Source of the DNA: a virus
Lineage: Duplodnaviria; Caudoviricetes
Strand: one strand, 5' to 3'
Virus record (IMG/VR): IMGVR_UViG_3300017911_001697
Coordinates: 1-64,000 of that record
DNA: 64,000 nucleotides
Every line of letters starts with the position of its first letter. The stretch's first letter is position 1. The notes under the pieces are model-generated. The model was not told where the DNA came from, made no database searches, and worked only from the letters and a program-made list of their open reading frames with translations. Positions 36,575-46,474 of this stretch are shown here, one piece after another. The position numbers and the translations under genes are program-made.

Positions 36575-39021
36575 TATGATTCAGTCTCCTCTGGTGCTTT
36601 ATCTATCTTTTTGAGATCCAACGCAGTCTGTTTTATGAGTTCTAACTCTTGTGTGAATTCTCCTCCACTGAACATACTAGTAACTATTTTGACTTCGTAT
36701 AATCCTGTGATAAAGTATCCTGTGCCCATTTTACTCCAATATCCTGAGTTATCTGCAGCATCTTCGTCTTCAACATTAAAGTCAAATCTTCGAGGTGTTT
36801 GAAGATCAAATAAAATGTAAATTTTATCTCCAGTAAATCTAACACCATTTTCTTCAGATACATCTGTTGTGTCTTCTGATCCAGGTCTTTTTGGTTCTGC
36901 TTTATCACTTGATGCAGGTCCCAAAAACCACGGGTCACCTTTAACTTCCATGTCTAATTTAACCAAGAAATCAGTTGCACCATGTTGTTGCATCAAATAT
37001 CCAAAAATTGTGTTGCGAGGAGTTCCGTTGTATGTGCCGTCTTCTGCTTGGTTTGGAATAGTGCGTGATTGCACTGCTTCTCTGGTGTGCCCTTCTTCGC
37101 CTTCATCTTGTTGTTGTACATTAGAAGCCAGTTGCTGGGCTGCGTTTAATGCTGCAGCTTGATCAAGTCTATCACTTACACTGCCAATGATATCTGCAGA
37201 ATATGTTGTGCCACTAAGTGTGGGTGCATAATCGCTCCTGTCAACATTGTTTACGTTATCACTGGTAGTTTGTACACTGGATGTTGTTTGTGCATTTCTT
37301 AACGCCTGTGCTGAACCTTTATTTTTTAATGCTGTTTTGATTGCTTCAGCGTTTTGTCCGTTTCTGTTTGCTACAGCATCTACTATTTCTGCCTCTGAAA
37401 ATCCAAGCAATCCTCCCAGTCGCTGAATGTCTTCTTCTCGCTCTGGTGTTTGCTGATTGAACAAATTGTCAACTGCGGCAGTTCTATCTTTTTCATTTGC
37501 AGCTTTTACAGCGGCAGTTGCTAAATCGTTGCCTGTTAAGTCTTCATCTGGTGTTGCAGAATTTGAAACTGTTTTGCTGAGCACCGTGCTGAAATCTCCG
37601 GAGACGCCGCCGGCAGGAGCAGTTAATATAGCAACACCTGCTTTATAGTCTATCCTAACATTTCGTATTTGATCATTTAAACCAGTAAACAAATAATGGT
37701 ATGCTTTGTGTACAGGTATCTGGTCAACTCTTGCTTGCACTTCTTCAGATGTTAAACCTGAATTTTCGTTTATCTTGGCTTGCACAGTGTTTGTGGCTGT
37801 TTTGTACATCACAGGCTTGTACACAACATCTTTTGCATAAACATTACGTTTTTCATCAAATGCTACATACGTTACTCCAGCATTAACTTTGAACCAATTA
37901 ATAAATGCTTGATCTTTTTTAACTTCGTCGCTTTCTGGATCAGCGCCTTTTACAGCTCTTGTTGCTCTAGCAAAAAACTCATCATTCATAGACAACAGTG
38001 TTGCTATGTATCTTTCAATGGTGACCCCTTCTCTGACTGTTACACGGTTCTCTTCAACTACAATATCAAGTGTGCCTTCGTCTTTGGCTGCTCGTTCGAG
38101 TATGTCTTGATATTCATCTTCTGTTTTGTCTTCTAATTCAGGATTCATAATCCTGTTGATTTCTTCTGCTCTTACATCACTAGATGTAGTTATAGAGTCA
38201 TCTTCTAAACCATGCTCGCCGCCAATAAGTCCAGAAATATCAATGTCTATTCCGTCTTGTATTTGGTAATCATTGTTATTACCTGCATTGTGCTCGTTTA
38301 TTTTTTTAACTAAATTTTGCACATGCTCGGTGATAGTTGTGCCTTTTGATTCTAATTTTTTAGGCATCCTAAACTTATCATCGGTGTATGCTAGATGATC
38401 AATGTTTACCGTTTCAAATGCATAAGTACTGCCGGCTTCGTCTATTTCTAAGGACACACTTTTTATTGCTAATCGCATTCTATATGGTCCTGCAGCTATA
38501 ATAGCCTCTCCACCATTGTCCTCATCTTCAATATCTGCTTTGTATCCTTTAAACACAATCTCTAAAAACACAGGCACATCGTTAGACAAAATCTTGTCAC
38601 CTAAAAATGCTTTTGCGGCTATAATTTGGTCCATAAAATCTGCAGCACCAGGCTGAATGATGTCAAAGTTTACTTGGGCTACATTCATGTTGTTACCTGG
38701 TCCTGGGGCAGCTCTGATTTCTAAATTATCAATTTGTGCACCAGTAACGCCTGTTTGTGCTAGTACTACTGTTTGATTGGGAGGAGCAGTGTATGCATTT
38801 TGTAAGTATCCGCCTTGTCCACCACTGCTAGATTGCGGAATATCTGCTCTTTCGTCTGTGGGGCCGCCTTCAGGTTGTTGTTGTTCTCCGGGAGGATTAG
38901 TCACAGGAGGAATCATGTACAATTTTAAATTGTACTGATAGTTATCAACTTGATCAAGTATATTGCCGAGCACATCTCTTTTGAGAAACGGCTCATATTG
39001 TTTTTCTGCTGTTATGGCCAT
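36574..39021 (-). CDS. baseplate hub/tail protein (gp27/late-control-D-like)
   Basis: 815 aa between gp53-like and gp5-like genes; C-terminal LDMEVKGDPWFLG and GLYEVKIVTSMFSGGEFTQELEL. Confidence 0.6.
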   Translation of the reverse strand: MAITAEKQYEPFLKRDVLGNILDQVDNYQYNLKLYMIPPVTNPPGEQQQPEGGPTDERADIPQSSSGGQGGYLQNAYTAPPNQTVVLAQTGVTGAQIDNLEIRAAPGPGNNMNVAQVNFDIIQPGAADFMDQIIAAKAFLGDKILSNDVPVFLEIVFKGYKADIEDEDNGGEAIIAAGPYRMRLAIKSVSLEIDEAGSTYAFETVNIDHLAYTDDKFRMPKKLESKGTTITEHVQNLVKKINEHNAGNNNDYQIQDGIDIDISGLIGGEHGLEDDSITTSSDVRAEEINRIMNPELEDKTEDEYQDILERAAKDEGTLDIVVEENRVTVREGVTIERYIATLLSMNDEFFARATRAVKGADPESDEVKKDQAFINWFKVNAGVTYVAFDEKRNVYAKDVVYKPVMYKTATNTVQAKINENSGLTSEEVQARVDQIPVHKAYHYLFTGLNDQIRNVRIDYKAGVAILTAPAGGVSGDFSTVLSKTVSNSATPDEDLTGNDLATAAVKAANEKDRTAAVDNLFNQQTPEREEDIQRLGGLLGFSEAEIVDAVANRNGQNAEAIKTALKNKGSAQALRNAQTTSSVQTTSDNVNNVDRSDYAPTLSGTTYSADIIGSVSDRLDQAAALNAAQQLASNVQQQDEGEEGHTREAVQSRTIPNQAEDGTYNGTPRNTIFGYLMQQHGATDFLVKLDMEVKGDPWFLGPASSDKAEPKRPGSEDTTDVSEENGVRFTGDKIYILFDLQTPRRFDFNVEDEDAADNSGYWSKMGTGYFITGLYEVKIVTSMFSGGEFTQELELIKQTALDLKKIDKAPEETES

Positions 39022-39022
39022 A

Positions 39023-39322
39023 TTACGATGCTAGTGTTTCTACTGTTTCTTTACTAGGCAGTGATATTTCTGTTCCTGCTTTGAAATCTCTGATGGGATC
39101 TTCTATGATATCTAAATTTCTCAAAGATACTATCCACCAGACTCTGCTAGAACCGTATTTGTCAAAAGCAAATAAATCTGGACGCTGGTCGTATTTGGCC
39201 TCAATAGTATACTTTTCGTCTGCTATGCTTTTAGGCACAGTAGGCAAAGTGTTAACATCTAAAAAGATATCGTATACTTTTGTTCTTTTTAAAAAACTAT
39301 CTGGTCTATGAATTTTAGCCAT
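39023..39322 (-). CDS. baseplate wedge gp53/LysM-like protein
   Basis: YTIEAKYDQRPDLFAFDKYGSSRVWWIV...DPIRDFKAGTEISLP. Confidence 0.8.
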   Translation of the reverse strand: MAKIHRPDSFLKRTKVYDIFLDVNTLPTVPKSIADEKYTIEAKYDQRPDLFAFDKYGSSRVWWIVSLRNLDIIEDPIRDFKAGTEISLPSKETVETLAS

Positions 39323-40131
39323 TATACAAATCCGTCTCTATAATTTTTACCTGTAGTAAAGTCTTGTAACCTAAATCTTTTACGCAATTTGTGCGGAGTA
39401 TAACTTGGTTGCAAGTTAATTTGTGTGTTCATCATTGTGGGCACATAGGTTACTTCTTTGCCAAGTACGTCTGTTGCCACAGGAATATAATCTACATCTG
39501 CTGTGTATGTGATACTGTACGAAGTAATGACAACAGGCACTCTGTTGAATCCATGGTGTCCTAAGTACTCAAACAACAACACTGGCGGCGGAGTACCATA
39601 GTACCCATCTGCTACTGCAGCATCACCAAAAAAGGACTTTGTTGAAACTTTACAAAAATGTATCACTGCCAACATATATCTTGCTTCATCAATGGTGTTA
39701 GCACTAAAATCTGCTGTTACCGGAAACGCTGGCGGTATGGTATTTTTGTAAGTCATCAACGGATAGTTTTGTCCATGAAAGTCAGGCATGTTGTAATTGA
39801 CTTGTGAACTTAAAAGAATATCAGGCGTGTACTGCCACACTAAGCCTCCTGCATCATGCAACGGCTTTAACAAGTAATCTACATCACCTGTGATATCAGG
39901 ATCTGCTCCTTTCCAAAATAAATCTCTACCACCATCTTTTGGACGCAATCTTGCTCGCCAATCATAATCGGTAGTGATGCCTGGTTGTTGTACAGGACTT
40001 CCTTCGCCGTCTACTTGCTGAGATGGCCCGACAGTAAAGTTTTTTTGCTGGCCAGCAAGACGGCTGAGGAATTCTGGCCCTGTTACTGAGCCTAGATTTT
40101 TGTTGTTACCTGTTCCGCTATTTTGTGGCAT
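39322..40131 (-). CDS. tail tube initiator/baseplate-tube junction protein (gp48/gp54-like)
   Basis: QYTPDI, GTPPPVLLFEYLG, VPVVITSYSITY..DVDYI. Confidence 0.65.
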   Translation of the reverse strand: MPQNSGTGNNKNLGSVTGPEFLSRLAGQQKNFTVGPSQQVDGEGSPVQQPGITTDYDWRARLRPKDGGRDLFWKGADPDITGDVDYLLKPLHDAGGLVWQYTPDILLSSQVNYNMPDFHGQNYPLMTYKNTIPPAFPVTADFSANTIDEARYMLAVIHFCKVSTKSFFGDAAVADGYYGTPPPVLLFEYLGHHGFNRVPVVITSYSITYTADVDYIPVATDVLGKEVTYVPTMMNTQINLQPSYTPHKLRKRFRLQDFTTGKNYRDGFV

Positions 40132-40148
40132 ACTAATCTCCTATGCAT

Positions 40149-40201
40149 GTATTTATCGGTTTCATAAAACACAGTTTTAATTGCTGAGTAGCGATAAATA
40201 C
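40149..40201. promoter_or_regulatory. back-to-back late promoters (CGATAAATAC on minus 40158-40149 and on plus 40192-40201)
   Basis: Perfect 10-bp inverted repeat of the recurrent motif at the divergence point between the tail and gp55 operons. Confidence 0.65.
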
Positions 40202-40257
40202 CTGTACTACAAAAGGTATATTTCTACTAAAAGTGGCAAAAACTGGCAGGTTTTTGC

Positions 40258-40285
40258 TTGACATACAGATATAGTTCTGTATAAT
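40258..40285 (+). promoter_or_regulatory. sigma70-type promoter TTGACA-N16-TATAAT for the gp55-47-46 operon
   Basis: Perfect hexamers upstream of SD GGAGG and the ATG at 40314. Confidence 0.8.
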
Positions 40286-40313
40286 GTGTAGAATACTGGA
40301 GGTACCAACTATA

Positions 40314-41180
40314 ATGAAAAAACCCGGAACAGTCAATTATTTAAATAACAAAGACATATTAAAAGAAATAAACAAGAGTAAATTAACGTATTGTTATGTG
40401 CAGGACGAGAAATACAGCAATTACGATGTAATTGTACACAATTTGTCAGAAATCAACGACGCAGCTATTCAGCAAGCAAGACTTAACAAAGCAGCAAAAA
40501 TTCAAAGCGAAGCCTATCAAGCAGCAATGCTCACGCACGATAAAAAAGATTATCGCAACAAGCCAAAGCAAAAAGAGTTTGCTGTAGACCCAGAAAGTTT
40601 TGATATTAGCGAATTAACCTTTAGAGTTATGGACATGGAACACATTCCTCTAGAAGAAGGCAGAAAAAAGAATCCAAAAACAGAAGCAGACAAAAGAGCA
40701 AAAGTAAACTTTCCTGCATTCAAACATTATGCATATCAGTCAGGTGAGCTCAAAGAGGTAGTACGCAGTCACTGGCAAGGTAGTTTAAGCAATGGAGAAT
40801 TTAGTGTAAGCCATGGACAACTTACTAATAAGTTGGGCACCATGTTCCTCAAGTTAGTTGAACGTTACAGTCACAGAGCCAACTGGAGAGGCTATACTTA
40901 TGTTGATGAAATGCGTGGACAAGCTCTAGTACAACTATCACAAATTGGTTTACAATTTGACGAATCTAAATCAGACAATCCTTTTGCTTACTACACAGCA
41001 GTAGTAAACAACAGTTTCACTAGAGTTCTCAACATTGAGAAGAAAAATCAAAACATCAGAGATGACATTTTAATTGAACAAGGACACTTACCTAGTTTCA
41101 GCAGACAAATTGCACATGAAGAAGAAATGAAGGCACTGAGAGAGTCTGTAGAAACTGACACGGACAACGTTACAGAGTAA
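40314..41180 (+). CDS. gp55: late-transcription sigma factor, T4 gp55-like
   Basis: VNYLNNKDIL, LGTMFLKLVERYSHRANWRGYTYVDEM, FDESKSDNPFAYYT..NNSF.RVLNIEKK; start at 40314 after GGAGG. Confidence 0.85.
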   Translation: MKKPGTVNYLNNKDILKEINKSKLTYCYVQDEKYSNYDVIVHNLSEINDAAIQQARLNKAAKIQSEAYQAAMLTHDKKDYRNKPKQKEFAVDPESFDISELTFRVMDMEHIPLEEGRKKNPKTEADKRAKVNFPAFKHYAYQSGELKEVVRSHWQGSLSNGEFSVSHGQLTNKLGTMFLKLVERYSHRANWRGYTYVDEMRGQALVQLSQIGLQFDESKSDNPFAYYTAVVNNSFTRVLNIEKKNQNIRDDILIEQGHLPSFSRQIAHEEEMKALRESVETDTDNVTE

Positions 41181-41186
41181 ATTTTT

Positions 41187-42203
41187 ATGAGTCAACTGTT
41201 TAAAACAGCGGCCTGCTTTACGGATATTCATTATGGATTAAAGCAAAACAGTCGCTTACACTTAGAAGACTGCGGTAGATACATTGACTGGTTTATTGCT
41301 GAAGCAAAAGCAAGAAATGCAGAAACATGTATATTCTTAGGAGACTGGAGTCATCACAGAGCAAGTATTAATGTTGCAACAATGAATGCAACAATTAAAG
41401 ATTTAAAAAAGCTCAACGATGCATTCGAAAAGGTTTATTTTATCACAGGCAATCACGACTTATACTATCGTGACAAACGTGAAATGAACAGCATCGAATA
41501 TGCTAGAGATTTAAGTAATTTTGTGATGGTCGACGACATGTTCTTGGAAGATGACGTTGCTATTATACCGTGGCTGGTAGGAGATGATCACAAAGTGGTT
41601 TCCAAGATGGAGTGTAAGTACATGTTTGGTCACTTTGAACTTCCTTATTTTAAAATGAACGCAATGGTAGAAATGCCAGACCACGGAGGCATCAACGATA
41701 AGATGCTGAGTGGTCCCGAATATGTGTTCAGTGGACATTTCCACAAACGACAATACAAAGGCAATATTCATTACATTGGTAATGCTTTCCCACATAACTA
41801 TGCAGACGTTGATGATGATGAACGTGGTGCTATGTTTTTAACATGGGGCGAAGAACCTGTGTATGTGAATTGGGAAGAGTGCCCAAAATACAGAGTGTTC
41901 TCATTGAAGGAGTTACTTGATGATCATGAGAATCTACTTGACAAATACACTTATGCTCGTGTAAAATTAGATATCAGTGTATCGTATGAAGAAGCAACAT
42001 TCATTAAAGAAAAATTTGCAGAACAATACGGTGTGCGAGAATTACAGTTGATTCCCATCAAGGAAGAGGAACAACAATTCGAAGGCAGTGAAATTAAATT
42101 TGAGAGCGTGGATCAAATTGTTATACAACAACTAGAGACAATCGAATCCTCAACTATAGAAAGACAAAAACTAATTGACATTTATAACGAGTTAGAAACT
42201 TAA
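41187..42203 (+). CDS. gp47: recombination endonuclease subunit, gp47/Mre11/SbcD-like
   Basis: FTDIHYG, FLGDWSHHR, GNHDLYY, FGHFE, SGHFHKR phosphoesterase motifs. Confidence 0.92.
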   Translation: MSQLFKTAACFTDIHYGLKQNSRLHLEDCGRYIDWFIAEAKARNAETCIFLGDWSHHRASINVATMNATIKDLKKLNDAFEKVYFITGNHDLYYRDKREMNSIEYARDLSNFVMVDDMFLEDDVAIIPWLVGDDHKVVSKMECKYMFGHFELPYFKMNAMVEMPDHGGINDKMLSGPEYVFSGHFHKRQYKGNIHYIGNAFPHNYADVDDDERGAMFLTWGEEPVYVNWEECPKYRVFSLKELLDDHENLLDKYTYARVKLDISVSYEEATFIKEKFAEQYGVRELQLIPIKEEEQQFEGSEIKFESVDQIVIQQLETIESSTIERQKLIDIYNELET

Positions 42204-42204
42204 T

Positions 42205-43974
42205 ATGCTAAAAATTAAAAACGTTACCGCCCGCAATTTCATGAGCGTGGGTAACAGCACACAGGCAGTTAATTTTGACAACTGTCAGCTCACACTTGTA
42301 CTGGGTCACAACTTAGACATGGGCGGAGATGGCAGTCGAAACGGCACAGGTAAGACCACTATTATCAATGCACTCAGTTACGCACTGTATGGTGAAGCAC
42401 TTACAAACATTCGTCGTGATAATTTGATCAACAAAACAAACGGCAAAAATATGATGACTACCGTTGACTTTTCAGTGGGGGACACCGAGTATCGTATTGA
42501 ACGTGGCCGGCGACCAAACACATTGAAGTTTATGGTCAATGGTGTCGAAGACAGCGACCAAGAACAACAAGGCGATAGTAGAGAAACACAGAAAGCAATA
42601 GAAAAAATTATTGGTTTCCCTCACAACATGTTCAAACATTTGGTTGCACTGAACACATACAGTGAACCGTTTTTGGGCATGAAAGCAAATGATCAGCGTG
42701 ACATGATCGAGCAACTGCTGGGCATAACTGATCTAAGTTCCAAGGCAGAACTACTCAAAGAAAAAATCAAGAATATCAAAGACAGCATAAAGGAAGAAGA
42801 AATGCGTATCAATGCTGTCAAAGACAGCAACGAACGTATTGAAAAAAACATCAAAGAACTAGAAAGTCGTAAAAAAGCCTGGGAGGCCACACACGACAAT
42901 AAACTAACTGAAATGGAAACTGCGATCACAACATTAGCAGAACTTGATGTTGACCAAGAGATTGAAACACATAAAAATAATGTGTCTGCAAAAGAGCAAG
43001 CGGACACTATTAAATTGCTAGAAAAAGAATTAAAAACCACACAAACAAGTTTTGACAGATCCGAAAACACACTCACTGAATTGCACAGCAATTTACAAAG
43101 TGCTGTCGACGGTGTTTGTCCTGCATGTGGACAAGGAACTGCACACTTAGATACTCATGCTGAGTACACCAAAGAATTAGAAGAAAAGATCAAAGAAGAA
43201 CAAGACTACAGAGATGAAAAGTCTGGTCGCTTGTCAGAAATTGAAGAAGCAATAAGTGTGCTAAGTGCAGAAAATTTTGTTGTCGGTGAAACGTTCTATG
43301 CCGCAGTGGAAGAAGCATATGAGCACAAACACAACTTAGAATCTCTTGCACAGCAATACGAAAGCAAAAGAGAAGAAACTAATCCATACGATGAACAAAT
43401 AGACATGCTCAGAGAAACTGGCATACAAGAAATTAGTTTTGATGACATCAACGAATACACATTCCTAAAAGATCACCAAGAGTTCTTGTACAAATTGTTG
43501 ACCAGCAAAGACAGTTTTATCCGTAAAAAAATCATTGATCAAAACATAGCATACTTGAATCACAGACTTGCATGGTACTTGGACAAATTAGGTTTACCGC
43601 ATGATGTAAAATTTGCCAGTGACCTAAATGTAGAGATCACAGAGTATGGTAGAGACTTAGACTTTGACAATTTAAGTAGAGGAGAACGTAACAGACTTAT
43701 ACTAGGATTGAGTTGGGCGTTCAGAGACATTTACGAAAGTTTAAACAGACCTATGAACTTGATGTGCATCGACGAACTTATAGATTCCGGAATGGACACC
43801 ATGGGCGTGGAAAATGCATTGAGCATTCTCAAAAAGATGAATCGAGAACACGGCAAAAATATTTTTCTTATCTCACACAAGGAAGAACTTGTTGGTCGTG
43901 TTAACAATGTGTTAACTGTTGTAAAAGAAGGTGGCTTCACAATGTACAACACAGACACAGATTACATCGATTAG
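42205..43974 (+). CDS. gp46: recombination ATPase subunit, gp46/Rad50/SbcC-like
   Basis: Walker A GSRNGTGKTT, zinc hook CPACGQ, signature LSRGE, Walker B IDELID, ISH. Confidence 0.95.
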   Translation: MLKIKNVTARNFMSVGNSTQAVNFDNCQLTLVLGHNLDMGGDGSRNGTGKTTIINALSYALYGEALTNIRRDNLINKTNGKNMMTTVDFSVGDTEYRIERGRRPNTLKFMVNGVEDSDQEQQGDSRETQKAIEKIIGFPHNMFKHLVALNTYSEPFLGMKANDQRDMIEQLLGITDLSSKAELLKEKIKNIKDSIKEEEMRINAVKDSNERIEKNIKELESRKKAWEATHDNKLTEMETAITTLAELDVDQEIETHKNNVSAKEQADTIKLLEKELKTTQTSFDRSENTLTELHSNLQSAVDGVCPACGQGTAHLDTHAEYTKELEEKIKEEQDYRDEKSGRLSEIEEAISVLSAENFVVGETFYAAVEEAYEHKHNLESLAQQYESKREETNPYDEQIDMLRETGIQEISFDDINEYTFLKDHQEFLYKLLTSKDSFIRKKIIDQNIAYLNHRLAWYLDKLGLPHDVKFASDLNVEITEYGRDLDFDNLSRGERNRLILGLSWAFRDIYESLNRPMNLMCIDELIDSGMDTMGVENALSILKKMNREHGKNIFLISHKEELVGRVNNVLTVVKEGGFTMYNTDTDYID

Positions 43975-44017
43975 CCAATAAACATAGTCACCTGCATACA
44001 TTGTCGGTAACTATATT

Positions 44018-44446
44018 TTGATGAGTTATTGGATATATCAGGGAAAACAAATTGACGAACTACCCGAAGGATGCGAAGCATTCGTATACTTAATAACGAA
44101 CAAAAAGAACGGCAAGAAGTATGTGGGTAAAAAATTAGCAAAATTTAAAACCACAAAGCCACCACTTAAAGGTAAAAAAAGAAAACGCAAAGGCACAAAA
44201 GAAAGTGACTGGAGAGATTATTGGGGGAGCTCAGACAACCTCAAGGAAGATGTAGAAAAGTACGGGGAAAAAAGTTTTATCCGAGAAATACTACATCTTT
44301 GCCCTAGTAGAGGAGTTGCTAGTTACTTAGAAGCAAAAGAACAATTTGATCGCAAAGTTCTCTTGACAGACAATTATTATAATGGTATAATCAATGTAAG
44401 AATTGGCGGTTCAAAAATTTTACGAGAATCACTAACAAAGAAATAA
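44018..44446 (+). CDS. minimal GIY-YIG nuclease (Seg-like catalytic domain only)
   Basis: FVYLITN..NGKKYVGKK, WRDYWGSS, F.REIL..C, YYNGIIN. Confidence 0.85.
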   Translation: MMSYWIYQGKQIDELPEGCEAFVYLITNKKNGKKYVGKKLAKFKTTKPPLKGKKRKRKGTKESDWRDYWGSSDNLKEDVEKYGEKSFIREILHLCPSRGVASYLEAKEQFDRKVLLTDNYYNGIINVRIGGSKILRESLTKK

Positions 44447-45045
44447 TTATAATTGCATTAAGGCACATCAAGGCATAACAAGGCATACCTGGCTTAACAA
44501 GGCACACACATAGGACCATACACCACCCCACCGAGGCAAATAATATCGGTTTCCTTGAGGCTCCGTATCCACGGCGTCAGATTCTGGAATGTATGGCGGT
44601 ACATGAGATACAAACAAACGACAACAGTATTGAACGATTCAGGCTCTGAGAAAAAGCAACCTGAGAGTTAGTATAACTAAACTCGTCAAGGTTATACTGG
44701 CTTCCGTGGGACACCAGTGACGGTAGTGTATGAGGGGATAAGGCCCACCACCTCTTAACAGCACCCGAGATTGAGATGGCGATGCTCATCATGATGACAT
44801 CCATTTTTTTATTCACCCGGCAACGGGTGAATTATGGCTCAACTTTCATGATAACTTCTAAGATCTAAAGATCTTATAAAGATATCTTGTAAATGAGTGA
44901 TTCGAGTGAAACGAGAGAACGAATGTAACAAGATAAGACACGAAGTGTCTGTTAAATGTAATTAATTGTAACAATCCACTAAAAAGTAAACTAAAATATT
45001 AATCTATACGTTAAATAATTTGTAACCATCTCTGAGGATTACAAC
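44447..45045 (+). ncRNA. ~600-nt structured non-coding region (candidate ncRNA and/or replication origin)
   Basis: No credible ORF; AAGGCA repeats, multiple hairpins, a GNRA-capped 9-bp stem, possible pseudoknot (see findings). Confidence 0.45.
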
Positions 45046-46317
45046 ATGAAAAAACTTTTAGGATTGATGCTTTTTCCTTTATGTGTGAGTGCACAAACTT
45101 ACACAGACGACATAGCAACCATAATCAACAACAACTGTGTGACTTGTCATCGTGCAGGTGGCATAGGACCAATGAGCTTTGAAACTTACGAACAAGTGCG
45201 GCCATGGGCTCCGTTAATTCAGTTACGAGTAGCAAACAGAGAAATGCCACCATATGCATACGATCATGGCATAGGTATACAGGATCTCGAAGGCGATTGG
45301 CGTTTATCACAGGAGCAAATAGATGCAGTAGTAGAGTGGGTAAATTCTGGGTCGCCATATGGTAATGCAGACATTGTTCCACAACTGCCTGATATGCCAG
45401 ATCCTGATGATTGGCGTTTTGCAACAATGTTTGGAGAGCCCGATTTAATTGTTCCCTCACAACCATATGACATACCTGCAAATGGTAATGATCTGTGGAG
45501 TAAAGAAATTGCAGAAACAGGCATAACAGAAAACAGATGCATAAAAGCAGTACAAGTTAAGCCGCGAGGAGATGCATCTGCTGTAGTACATCACGCTAAC
45601 TCTAGTTTTCTTACCGAAGAAGGCAGAGAAGGCATGCTCACAGAATATGCTATGGGCAAGTGGGGAGAGATTGTTCCTCAAGGTGTATGCAGAACGTTCC
45701 CTGCACTAGCCAAAGTACAATGGGATATACACATGTTCCCAGGCGGAGTTGGTGCAACAGCGAACGGTGATATGATAGAGGATAACGTAGTTGAAATTGG
45801 TATTTGGTTCTATGACGAGTTTGAAGAAAAGGATTTGACTTATAGACAAGATTTGTCATTGTACAGAATTGGAGACCAAGCAGACATTGCTATCCCTCCA
45901 CACGGCACATACATGACACAAGGCTTTCATACATTTGACCATCCGGTGCGTATAGACAGTTTTCAACCACACGGACATTTGCGTATGAATGCTGCGAGCC
46001 TCGAAGTATTTTATCCTGAAACAGGACGCACAGAAGCAATAAGTCAGATATCAAACTGGAGTGCTACTTGGCACCACAGTCACATATATGCACCAGATGT
46101 TGCTCCTCTACTGCCTGCAGGTGCTGTTCTAATACTGAAGCAGTGGTATGATAATACTGCTGACAACCCAAATAACCCTGACCCTGATATGTGGGTATAC
46201 GGTGGTTCTAGAACAGCAGACGAAATGACGCATGCATGGATTGCTGTAACACACTTAGATGATAAAGGTTATAACAAACTATTAGAGGAAAGAAATGAAA
46301 AAACTATTGGTGATTAG
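45046..46317 (+). CDS. secreted cytochrome-c-motif / copper type II (PHM/DBH-like) monooxygenase
   Basis: Signal peptide, CVTCH heme motif, VVHHA, QPHGHLR, DEMTHAW Cu-ligand pattern. Confidence 0.75.
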   Translation: MKKLLGLMLFPLCVSAQTYTDDIATIINNNCVTCHRAGGIGPMSFETYEQVRPWAPLIQLRVANREMPPYAYDHGIGIQDLEGDWRLSQEQIDAVVEWVNSGSPYGNADIVPQLPDMPDPDDWRFATMFGEPDLIVPSQPYDIPANGNDLWSKEIAETGITENRCIKAVQVKPRGDASAVVHHANSSFLTEEGREGMLTEYAMGKWGEIVPQGVCRTFPALAKVQWDIHMFPGGVGATANGDMIEDNVVEIGIWFYDEFEEKDLTYRQDLSLYRIGDQADIAIPPHGTYMTQGFHTFDHPVRIDSFQPHGHLRMNAASLEVFYPETGRTEAISQISNWSATWHHSHIYAPDVAPLLPAGAVLILKQWYDNTADNPNNPDPDMWVYGGSRTADEMTHAWIAVTHLDDKGYNKLLEERNEKTIGD

Positions 46318-46474
46318 TCTTTTACTAACTGGTTGTAATTTTACGCCAGTTGATATTTACAGTGACCCTATGGAATTTGATTGGATGCCAAGTGAATTGA
46401 TGTGGCAGAACAATATTAGAAACTGTAGAAGTCAACCGCAGTGTAATGCTGCTGATTTGTTTCAGAGAAATTAA
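46295..46474 (+). CDS. small lipoprotein (59 aa; not in the ORF track)
   Basis: Read by hand: MKKLLVISLLLTGCNFTPVDIY...; lipobox LTGC; overlaps the monooxygenase 3' end. Confidence 0.7.
   Translation: MKKLLVISLLLTGCNFTPVDIYSDPMEFDWMPSELMWQNNIRNCRSQPQCNAADLFQRN

Noticed and set aside
44460-44540. CRISPR array from AAGGCA repeats
   Set aside because: Repeats are 6 nt with 4-13 nt spacing, far from CRISPR dimensions; no cas genes.
44730-44760. tmRNA/tRNA-like end (GGCCCACCA)
   Set aside because: No T-arm (GTTCGA) stem or acceptor-stem partner; no RNase P or group I core motifs seen either.
44577-44816. 79-aa minus-strand ORF in the structured region
   Set aside because: No SD or promoter, antisense to flanking genes, no motif; likely a by-product of the non-coding structure.
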